DNA of 63,162 nucleotides, the filler included. It is 6 parts of 6 records of this genome, joined end to end, with 100 filler letters (N's around TTAATTAATTAA, not from the genome) between each part and the next. Parts side by side here need not be neighbours in the genome. Positions count along the whole stretch, not along the records: positions 22,072 to 45,704 come from SRR31156797_18687; 5 more parts are not named here. One strand, 5' to 3'. The translations under genes and the position numbers were made by a program. Below the pieces are notes generated by a model. The model ran no database searches. It had not been told where the DNA came from and saw nothing but the letters and a program-made list of their open reading frames with translations. This document shows positions 29,885 to 36,895 of this stretch, piece by piece (the stretch's first letter is position 1; each line of letters starts with the position of its first letter).

Positions 29885-29913
29885 ATGACATCGTTTCGAG
29901 GCTATGTTAAGTT
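29885..29913 (+). promoter_or_regulatory. Class I promoter/operator
   Basis: ATGACA tcgtttcgaggctatgt TAAGTT. Confidence 0.75.
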
Positions 29914-29936
29914 ATTATCATATTTGGGAGGATTAT

Positions 29937-30254
29937 ATGAAAGTACTTGAAAGAGTCCTTGTGAAGATCAAGGAGTTCAATGAAATCCAAAAAAAGTATG
30001 CGGAGTTTGGAGGCAGAGATACTGAGCCCGATGCAGAGTTTCAGTTGGCCCTCTCCAAGGCCCTGAAAGGTAAGAAGGAAGTACCGCGTTCCGCAGATGA
30101 CTGGGCCCTTTACGGACATGCTGAAGGAGAGATGGTTGCCTATGAAATGACCACTAAAACAAATGAGATTGTTAAGCTGATCACACATGCTACAATATCA
30201 GAGCATGAGCGTCTTAAAGACGGTTTGGCTCCACACCTCTGGAGGATTCGGTAA
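29937..30254 (+). CDS. Phage hypothetical protein
   Basis: GGGAGG SD, ATG 29937, follows class I promoter. Confidence 0.7.
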   Translation: MKVLERVLVKIKEFNEIQKKYAEFGGRDTEPDAEFQLALSKALKGKKEVPRSADDWALYGHAEGEMVAYEMTTKTNEIVKLITHATISEHERLKDGLAPHLWRIR

Positions 30255-30494
30255 ATGGATATGGAGAAACTGAAGGAAGATCCGATTTACGGGAAGCATA
30301 ATTCAGTCAGCACCATTGAGCAGGTCTATGTGACCCCTCTGAAAAAAGAGATTATTGCTTGGGAAGGCATAAAAAAGACTGCGGAGGAGATCAATTACTC
30401 CGATCTGATCCAGCAGGCTACAAAGACTCTGGAAGAAATGGATGACTGCTTGCAGTATTATGAGTCCCACAAGCACCTCCTTGCAGGAGGCTGA
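30255..30494 (+). CDS. Phage hypothetical protein
   Basis: GGAGG SD, abuts previous stop. Confidence 0.65.
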   Translation: MDMEKLKEDPIYGKHNSVSTIEQVYVTPLKKEIIAWEGIKKTAEEINYSDLIQQATKTLEEMDDCLQYYESHKHLLAGG

Positions 30495-30516
30495 GAGCGG
30501 TTGGGTTAACCCACGA

Positions 30517-30545
30517 TTAACCTCGTTACGAAATCGTGTTAAGTT
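30517..30545 (+). promoter_or_regulatory. Class I promoter/operator (degenerate)
   Basis: TTAACC tcgttacgaaatcgtgt TAAGTT, then CAAGGAGTAGTTAGATG. Confidence 0.6.
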
Positions 30546-30577
30546 TTTATCAAATAGTTCAGTCAAGGAGTAGTTAG

Positions 30578-30961
30578 ATGACCGATGAAATGATTTACAA
30601 CCTTTACAGCCAGTACGGAAGCTTCATGGCGCCACTCGGCCTGAGTGACCGTCAGTTAAAGATGATTCAGAATTACCTCAGGGGGATTTCCGTTCCCGAT
30701 CTGGTCCAAGGTATGGCACAGATCCTTTCGATGCTTCAGAAAGGCGTCAGAGGCGCAGAAAGCCGCCCCATGGAGGATCTCTCTCAGATGGTTTGTGAAA
30801 CTGAAGACACCGCCATGGAAGGGTATATCTCTGACGCCACAGAGGACGTGATTCCGGTGGCAGAACGTACGGCTTTGAAGTACAATCAGACTACGCTCCA
30901 CAGTGGGTGTTTATCTTGGTTCGGATTGAGCCTTTTGTGGGGAGAAGAATATGATGATTAA
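30578..30961 (+). CDS. Phage hypothetical protein
   Basis: AAGGAG SD. Confidence 0.7.
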   Translation: MTDEMIYNLYSQYGSFMAPLGLSDRQLKMIQNYLRGISVPDLVQGMAQILSMLQKGVRGAESRPMEDLSQMVCETEDTAMEGYISDATEDVIPVAERTALKYNQTTLHSGCLSWFGLSLLWGEEYDD

Positions 30962-31184
30962 CGGCAGATCGCAGGCGAAACAGCATGATGAAATGCCTGC
31001 TTCCCATTTAGGGATGGCTCGGGTTTTGATGGTGACGGAGCGGAAGATTCTACTCCATGCAGGTAAGCGGATCATCGTCGGTGTTCATCACTGGATCGAT
31101 GAAAACGGTTCCATTCAGTGGGGAAACGGTCACTATCACAATGATGACCTGGTATCAGCAGTAGCAGATATGCAAAGAGATTAA
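30951..31184 (+). CDS. Phage hypothetical protein
   Basis: Overlaps previous stop; WGNGHY motif. Confidence 0.65.
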   Translation: MMINGRSQAKQHDEMPASHLGMARVLMVTERKILLHAGKRIIVGVHHWIDENGSIQWGNGHYHNDDLVSAVADMQRD

Positions 31185-31204
31185 AACAAAACGTTTTTTA
31201 TAGC

Positions 31205-31234
31205 AGAGCCTCCGGACAATCCGGGGGCTTTTTT
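31205..31234 (+). terminator. Rho-independent terminator
   Basis: AGAGCCTCCGGA-CAA-TCCGGGGGCTTT followed by T-run. Confidence 0.8.
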
Positions 31235-31247
31235 ATATACTGCGGGT

Positions 31248-31490
31248 ATGGATAATCCCGGTCTATTTGTAGATGAAATGATCAATATGATCTGTCTTCA
31301 AGTACTCACTCAGCGTAAAAGCTTCCGTCGCCCTATGGATCTCCGCGATAATCTAGACTTGTACACCGTTCAGAGGATCTCTGAAGAATACATGGGTGTG
31401 TATGGATTCAACATAGAGCTTCTCGATGAAGTAGTGGACCGTGTGATGTGGGATTGCATGGAGCAGATCATCGAGCACGAAAAGGGCTGA
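31248..31490 (+). CDS. Phage hypothetical protein, probably leaderless
   Basis: TATACT 6 nt before ATG, no SD. Confidence 0.6.
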   Translation: MDNPGLFVDEMINMICLQVLTQRKSFRRPMDLRDNLDLYTVQRISEEYMGVYGFNIELLDEVVDRVMWDCMEQIIEHEKG

Positions 31491-31793
31491 CTACATGCCT
31501 ACCAGATTCCTGTCGGAGTCTCTCTTGGTCAGGGCGAAGTGCTGGTACGTCGTCCCATCCAATACCACATTCTCCAAGAAGTACTCGACGCTGATCATCG
31601 CCTGTACATTTGAGCCGGGGATCTCAAGACAGACCTGCTCTTGCCCGGTTGCATATTCAACAATGATTCCCAGCACATGCACAAGTTCACCACAACAGTG
31701 CACGTAAAGCCCCGGTTCAATCTTTGCCTTTGGCTTATAGTATCTTATGTCTTCGAATGCCTTAAGCATTTTCTTCTTTGTTGAAACTGCCAT
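31491..31793 (-). CDS. DUF1653-like protein, leaderless class III start
   Basis: PGLY-H--G----VLG...T-QE-V...F-E-V--DG pattern; AACTAT-AAAGGC-ATG. Confidence 0.55.
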   Translation of the reverse strand: MAVSTKKKMLKAFEDIRYYKPKAKIEPGLYVHCCGELVHVLGIIVEYATGQEQVCLEIPGSNVQAMISVEYFLENVVLDGTTYQHFALTKRDSDRNLVGM

Positions 31794-31803
31794 GCCTTTA
31801 TAG

Positions 31804-31831
31804 TTGACAATATTGTAGCGTACGCTACAAT
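31804..31831 (+). promoter_or_regulatory. sigma70 promoter containing a perfect 20-bp palindrome
   Basis: TTGACA 31804, ATTGTAGCGTACGCTACAAT 31812-31831 whose last 6 nt are the -10 (TACAAT); ATG 31839. Confidence 0.72.
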
Positions 31832-31838
31832 TGAACTT

Positions 31839-32675
31839 ATGAAAGCATTAAACCAATACCAGAAGTTCGAGATGGCCTATGAGTTTTTCAACCGGGCATT
31901 GTTTCACAACCAGCTCCCGGAGGCCTTCATTACCCTCCAGTCGAAGGGTGGTTCCTACGGCTACTATTCGGAGGGCCGCTTTCGGAGAGGGACTGGAGGG
32001 GATGAAAAGCTTGATGAGATCGCACTGAATCCCGACTATTTCTTTTATGGTGAACTGGAGGTACTCCAGACACTTGCACATGAAATGGTGCATCTCTGGC
32101 AACATCACTACGGGACCAAGAGTCGTTCCGGATATCACAATCAGGAATGGGCAAACAAAATGGAAGCCATAGGGCTAATGCCTTCCGACACGGGTAAGCC
32201 GGGAGGGAAGAAGACCGGGCAGAAAGTGGCCGACTATGCTATTGAGGGAGGTCCTTTCATGGAGGCCGTGACCGCGCTCAATGAAGCTGAAGGAGCTATA
32301 GTAGATTGGGGATACTTCTCATGGGAGTCTCACCGGCTGGAGCAGATCCACCTGATTAGAGAGAATATGATGTACATGGAGTCCGTAGAGGGGGTCCGTC
32401 AGGGCTCGTATATCACAGTTGGACCTTCCACAGTAATGGTGGATGATGTAGATGAAAATGAGAACTCAGTCAATTTTCACACAGTGGCCGGTCCGGAGCT
32501 TCCCCCTAATGAAATCAATGAAATCCTCGACGGATTCATAAAAACCCCCCAGATAGTCAGGGACAGGGGTAAGAACAAATATTCCTGCCCAAGCTGTGGT
32601 CTGAGCATCTGGGGGAAAGCAGGGATCCGCGTGTTGTGCATGGAGTGCGATGTGCAACTCCAAAAAAGCAATTAG
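31839..32675 (+). CDS. SprT-like zinc metalloprotease with C-terminal zinc ribbon
   Basis: FN--LF---LP, AHEMVH, GYHN-EWA-KM--IGL-P, KYSCPSC...CMEC. Confidence 0.85.
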   Translation: MKALNQYQKFEMAYEFFNRALFHNQLPEAFITLQSKGGSYGYYSEGRFRRGTGGDEKLDEIALNPDYFFYGELEVLQTLAHEMVHLWQHHYGTKSRSGYHNQEWANKMEAIGLMPSDTGKPGGKKTGQKVADYAIEGGPFMEAVTALNEAEGAIVDWGYFSWESHRLEQIHLIRENMMYMESVEGVRQGSYITVGPSTVMVDDVDENENSVNFHTVAGPELPPNEINEILDGFIKTPQIVRDRGKNKYSCPSCGLSIWGKAGIRVLCMECDVQLQKSN

Positions 32676-33652
32676 GCGGCGTTATCGATCAGACAACCTC
32701 GGAGATCCTGAAAGATCCTTCCACCAGCAAACTTTGAAAACAAGTTAGTATCTGCCTTGCTCAAGGTAGCAAGAAGTTCAGGGTTCTCCTTGGTGAAATC
32801 AGACATAGCATCCTCCATGTAATACGTTGCATACTCCTGAATCTTCGGGAACTCCTCCAGAGGACCATACTTCGAAAAAAGAGAATCAAGCCTCTCCTCA
32901 TTTACATACGCCGAGAACTCGTTCAATGCGGCTTGAAGCTCGGGTGAAAAATCCTTGGGGGCCTTCACCCTTGGCTTGGACTTCTCAAGAAACTTCTTAT
33001 TCTTCACCTTGAACGCCACTAGATGTTCACCAGCGTATCTAGTGACGTAGTAAGGAGTATACACCAGCCCTTCCCTTACGTTGTCTCCTGAGTGATCCTC
33101 AGGCGTCAGGGCGGACATCCTGTGAGGCTCGAAGGAATTCAGTATCTCCCATAGCCCTCCAGCTTCACAATGCTTGATTAAACCTATCACCGGCACCTTC
33201 AGATCCAGAAAGCTCATCAGTAGTCGGCTGGCCTCAAATGGTGTCAGATACTCCCCATCGATTCTCACTGCATACCAGCGAAACAGTTTCGCTGCTCCAT
33301 AGTTCACACCCTTCTGAACAGATCCCCCAAAGAGCTCCCCGTAAACCTGCACAACTTCTCCAGAGAGTGCACAATATCCAGACAGGTGACCTACCAACTC
33401 CATGAATCGATCATTATTAAGTAGCTTATGATATCCGTAGAACTTGTCTCCTTCTTTCAGGACCTTTGTCCGGGAGCAGAACTTGATAGGCTTATCAGGT
33501 TCACATAGGAGCGAGAAGTTTGCTCCATGGATTTTTTCTGTCACCTCGTAGGTGAGACTTCTCAGTTCAGGGTACCGCTCGTCCCAAATACCCAGCGTGG
33601 CCCTGTGGTTACTCAATGTGAGTTCCGAATACTTCTTAAACATTTCGCTCAT
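32672..33652 (-). CDS. RNA ligase 2 (T4 Rnl2 family)
   Basis: FKKYSEL, motif I EKIHGANFS, QVYGELFG--VQKGV-YG, REGLV, FKVKN-KF-E. Confidence 0.88.
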   Translation of the reverse strand: MSEMFKKYSELTLSNHRATLGIWDERYPELRSLTYEVTEKIHGANFSLLCEPDKPIKFCSRTKVLKEGDKFYGYHKLLNNDRFMELVGHLSGYCALSGEVVQVYGELFGGSVQKGVNYGAAKLFRWYAVRIDGEYLTPFEASRLLMSFLDLKVPVIGLIKHCEAGGLWEILNSFEPHRMSALTPEDHSGDNVREGLVYTPYYVTRYAGEHLVAFKVKNKKFLEKSKPRVKAPKDFSPELQAALNEFSAYVNEERLDSLFSKYGPLEEFPKIQEYATYYMEDAMSDFTKENPELLATLSKADTNLFSKFAGGRIFQDLRGCLIDNAA

Positions 33653-33692
33653 ATCCTTCTCCTTGATTCCATCAACAGCTTCATATTGAAGT

Positions 33693-33722
33693 AAGTACGC
33701 GGCGTAGCTCCGGATTAGAGAA
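33693..33722 (-). promoter_or_regulatory. Class II motif TTCTCTAA-N17-TACTT
   Basis: Minus strand TTCTCTAA tccggagctacgccgcg TACTT upstream of Rnl2. Confidence 0.7.
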
Positions 33723-33742
33723 ATATATTAAAAAAAACTTGC

Positions 33743-33771
33743 TTGACCTCGTTTCAGGGTCATGTTAAGAT
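33743..33771 (+). promoter_or_regulatory. Class I promoter/operator
   Basis: TTGACC tcgtttcagggtcatgt TAAGAT, then CCAAGGAGTTGTTAGATG. Confidence 0.78.
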
Positions 33772-33801
33772 CTTTACATCTTATATCCAAGGAGTTGTTA
33801 G

Positions 33802-33912
33802 ATGGATCGTGAGTTTATCTGTAATGCAATGATTTTCCTGCTCATGTGCGGCGTTCCCGGTGCGATGGTTTTCTGGTTTGTGATTCTTGGTAAGCCTTGC
33901 AAATGGAAATGA
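33802..33912 (+). CDS. 36-aa single-TM peptide (absent from ORF track)
   Basis: MDREFICNAMIFLLMCGVPGAMVFWFVILGKPCKWK; own promoter and strong SD. Confidence 0.7.
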   Translation: MDREFICNAMIFLLMCGVPGAMVFWFVILGKPCKWK

Positions 33913-33914
33913 AA

Positions 33915-33943
33915 ACTATATAGTAGAGGGTAACCTCAGGAGG
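33915..33943 (+). promoter_or_regulatory. Class III motif followed by 5' hairpin and SD
   Basis: ACTAT-ATAGTA-GAGG GTAA CCTC-AGGAGG. Confidence 0.62.
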
Positions 33944-33948
33944 GAATC

Positions 33949-34173
33949 ATGTTCCGCAGAAAGTTACATCACATAGTAACGCAATCAGAGCTCTGGGAAT
34001 ACTTCGAAAAGTATGCCCGCTATCATGAGCAATCCGGGCAGTACTGCTTGTGGGATATTTTCGATCAGACCCTTGAGGGTTTGATGCAGAAAGTAGAGAA
34101 GGTCTGGAAGTATGAGCGATTTCACCCGGACCATACACTGACCACAGAACAAGTGCTGGCACTCCCAGCATAA
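33949..34173 (+). CDS. Phage hypothetical protein
   Basis: AGGAGG SD, followed by terminator. Confidence 0.68.
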   Translation: MFRRKLHHIVTQSELWEYFEKYARYHEQSGQYCLWDIFDQTLEGLMQKVEKVWKYERFHPDHTLTTEQVLALPA

Positions 34174-34180
34174 TGAGACG

Positions 34181-34207
34181 AGCCTCCCAATCGGAGGCTT
34201 TTTTTTT
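34181..34207 (+). terminator. Rho-independent terminator
   Basis: AGCCTCC-CAATC-GGAGGCT followed by T-run. Confidence 0.82.
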
Positions 34208-34212
34208 GATAA

Positions 34213-34242
34213 TTCTCTAAAGAATGTCAATTTCCCGTACTT
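34213..34242 (+). promoter_or_regulatory. Class II motif TTCTCTAA-N17-TACTT
   Basis: TTCTCTAA agaatgtcaatttcccg TACTT, ATG 7 nt later. Confidence 0.7.
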
Positions 34243-34249
34243 CTCAGGT

Positions 34250-34801
34250 ATGGAAAAAATTACCGCATATAACTTGAAAACCGCTATACTTTCATATTTC
34301 CGATTCAAGCGTCAAATGCTCTGTGCAACAGAAGTGCATGTAGGATTAGGATACATGGGTGATGTGGTTGCTATCAACAAAAAAGATGAAGTATTAGAGA
34401 TCGAAGTGAAGATCAGTCTATCGGATCTGAAGAACGAACAGAGGCACAAGAAAGAGAAGCATTCTGCACTTGTGCAAGAGTCCCGAGCAAAAGTTAATTA
34501 TTACTATATAGCTATTACTTCTGAGCTCTATGAGAAGGCCAAACCAGAGATAGAAGCGCTCAGTCCTAAGTATGGAATCATCACTTGGCATCGATGCTCA
34601 AACCCTAAAATGCAGAACTCAGAGTTTGAAGTGAATATCATGAAAAGACCCACAAAGCTCACTAGCAAAATTTTCCCAGAATACCGGAAGAATATAGCCA
34701 AGCGAGCTTCAAGTGAGCTGATCAACTTACATCGAAAAATGCTAAAAGTTAATGGTTGGAATATTCTGAGGGATCAAACCAAATCTGTCCTCCGTTCTTA
34801 A
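34250..34801 (+). CDS. MmcB-like PD-(D/E)xK nuclease
   Basis: ATEV...DVVA...EIEVKIS-SDL, NYYY, YGII. Confidence 0.7.
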   Translation: MEKITAYNLKTAILSYFRFKRQMLCATEVHVGLGYMGDVVAINKKDEVLEIEVKISLSDLKNEQRHKKEKHSALVQESRAKVNYYYIAITSELYEKAKPEIEALSPKYGIITWHRCSNPKMQNSEFEVNIMKRPTKLTSKIFPEYRKNIAKRASSELINLHRKMLKVNGWNILRDQTKSVLRS

Positions 34802-35078
34802 TCGTGACATCATAAATTGAGTTCTCAGCATCAAATACTGTCTGAATAAATGTTTTCAATTCAATGTCTTTTTGCATAGCTTGTTTGTACACAGCCGTGA
34901 GGATCTTCATGGCATCAATATCTCGTTGAGCGATCTTACAGAACTCACCATAGGTATAAATGGTGTTCCGGAAGTGTACAAAGAGCTTCTCATCACGTGA
35001 GAAAAACTCAACTCCTGTGAATTCTTGTAGTTGAATTTTTTCCAATAATCTACCATATTCGGTAAAGGGCTTACTCAT
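34749..35078 (-). CDS. Phage hypothetical protein, leaderless class III start
   Basis: GACTAT-AAATTT-ATG. Confidence 0.62.
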   Translation of the reverse strand: MSKPFTEYGRLLEKIQLQEFTGVEFFSRDEKLFVHFRNTIYTYGEFCKIAQRDIDAMKILTAVYKQAMQKDIELKTFIQTVFDAENSIYDVTIKNGGQIWFDPSEYSNH

Positions 35079-35122
35079 AAATTTATAGTCCTATTTTTTA
35101 TGAGGTTTCTACTCTAGAATTG

Positions 35123-35151
35123 TTGACATCGAATCGAGGCCATGATAAGGT
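35123..35151 (+). promoter_or_regulatory. Class I promoter/operator
   Basis: TTGACA tcgaatcgaggccatga TAAGGT, then CCAAGGAGTTGTTAGATG. Confidence 0.78.
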
Positions 35152-35181
35152 GTTATCAACAAAGAGCCAAGGAGTTGTTAG

Positions 35182-35469
35182 ATGGCTAATTTTTCTGTAA
35201 AGATTTCTAAGAAGGCGCTGAAGAACTACAAAGATTTACCCAGTTCAGTACAGAGGAAGCTACAGCTTCTAATTGATTCCCTTGAGGAACATGGCCCTGT
35301 ACAGACGGCGTTTCGGAACTACTCCAAAATGGGGTCGTACTGTAACCTTGGAAATAATGCACACCACTGCCACTTGGCACCCAGATACGTTGCTGTCTGG
35401 CGGTGTGATGAAGCAGGAAGAGAAGTAGAGGTGGTGTATGCTGGTACACGTGAAAAAGCCCCGTATTGA
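35182..35469 (+). CDS. RelE/HigB-like toxin
   Basis: V-ISKKA-K-Y--LP--VQ...GPV...NYSK...HHCHL---YVAVW...EV-Y-GT-EKAPY; 95 aa, precedes HTH gene. Confidence 0.75.
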   Translation: MANFSVKISKKALKNYKDLPSSVQRKLQLLIDSLEEHGPVQTAFRNYSKMGSYCNLGNNAHHCHLAPRYVAVWRCDEAGREVEVVYAGTREKAPY

Positions 35470-35800
35470 AATGGAGGGGGACATCCCCCTTGATTTCATC
35501 GAGGACATGAGATGTAGATTTGGTTCTGAGAATGTTGAAGTCATCGACGACTCTCAGTCTCTTCTTGTCCGGGAGCTCACTGAGTTTAAAAAGCCCCTGA
35601 CCCCCGGAGAGAGACTGAAGACACTACGTGAGATGAAGGGCATGACTCAGAAGGAGCTTGCAAAGTTGGTGCACTCAAGAGACACCAACATTTCATTACT
35701 AGAGTCTGGAAAGAGGGTAATATCCGAAGAGAAGGCAGAAGCTTTTGCTCAGGTATTTGAAGGCGTAAGCCCTCGCTTCTTCCTGACGAAGAAGGATTGA
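35438..35800 (+). CDS. XRE-family HTH antitoxin (HigA-like)
   Basis: PGERLK-LRE-KGMTQ-ELA...IS-LE-GKR-IS; overlaps toxin. Confidence 0.78.
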   Translation: MLVHVKKPRIEMEGDIPLDFIEDMRCRFGSENVEVIDDSQSLLVRELTEFKKPLTPGERLKTLREMKGMTQKELAKLVHSRDTNISLLESGKRVISEEKAEAFAQVFEGVSPRFFLTKKD

Positions 35801-36891
35801 GAATGATACACGATAAGTATTTCTCATATGCTCTCCCTATGGTCCATGAGATGCGTAATATGTCAGAAGCAGAGTTTGTTCGCTTGCTCTTGTCCCGGCA
35901 GGCGCAGGGGGATAATGAGTTTACGCTAGATCTGTACAATCTTGCGAACGGTAAAGATTATAATCTGGAAGCCCTTCAGACGAACTTTACTCTTGCACAC
36001 TCCTTCATGGCTCAAAGCTTTGACGAAGAACGGAATGTTTACGTGATGGAGGAAGAGTTGACCAATGCGCTCAGCTCTTCCTCCATCAAAATCCCAGTAT
36101 CTGAGATTGTTCCTCCAGTCAATTCCTTTATGCTGTATCATGGGTTGTCCTACGAAAATCTTGGATATGAGGCCTTCAAACATCACCTGATTGAATGCTC
36201 CCATGTACACATCGTTCGCCTGAAGGATTGCACCCACATCATGATCGCTGATCTAATCAAGAACTTGAAAGATGCACATTCAAATGATCCTCAGCGCCGT
36301 CAGCTTTGTTATGAAAATACAGGATACTCAAGCTTGATGTTGCCCCATGAGGAAACGTACGAGAAGTCTATTGTTCTGGATTCCCGACGAACTGAGATGA
36401 ATGACAAAGGTTATGTTGGGCAGGACCCGACACTCAATAATATCGAGTTCAAAAAAGCTTTCCTTGATGTCCGGGACCGCATTACTCATGTAGTCATAGC
36501 CCTGTGTTCTTATCTGGAGATGGAGCAGGATATTGAGATCGTAAAACCTGAATGGACACGAGAGATGGTGGACAAGATCTCCAACCCCAAAAAGCGCCGC
36601 AGAGCAGAGAAGAAACTTGCACAAGAGGCGTCATATGCAGTGCATTATGTCGGGAAGAAATACCAGAGAGAGGTACAGAACAAACTGGCCTCTGCTGGTC
36701 TTCCCCGCAGTTACAAATATCAGATAAAAGTCCCCGGCCACTTCAACTACTACTGGTATGGGAAGAGAAAGGACAAGAACGGAAACCGTGTCAGAGGTGA
36801 AGTCCGGAAACCCAAATGGCTGGAGCCCCTGATTCGTTTGCCAGAGCTCCCTGAGGCCCCTGAGAAAGGGCACCTGTACAAAGTGAGATGA
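35797..36891 (+). CDS. Phage hypothetical protein
   Basis: 364-aa ORF; C-terminal V-GHF--YWYG...KW--P motif. Confidence 0.75.
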   Translation: MRMIHDKYFSYALPMVHEMRNMSEAEFVRLLLSRQAQGDNEFTLDLYNLANGKDYNLEALQTNFTLAHSFMAQSFDEERNVYVMEEELTNALSSSSIKIPVSEIVPPVNSFMLYHGLSYENLGYEAFKHHLIECSHVHIVRLKDCTHIMIADLIKNLKDAHSNDPQRRQLCYENTGYSSLMLPHEETYEKSIVLDSRRTEMNDKGYVGQDPTLNNIEFKKAFLDVRDRITHVVIALCSYLEMEQDIEIVKPEWTREMVDKISNPKKRRRAEKKLAQEASYAVHYVGKKYQREVQNKLASAGLPRSYKYQIKVPGHFNYYWYGKRKDKNGNRVRGEVRKPKWLEPLIRLPELPEAPEKGHLYKVR

Positions 36892-36895
36892 GATC

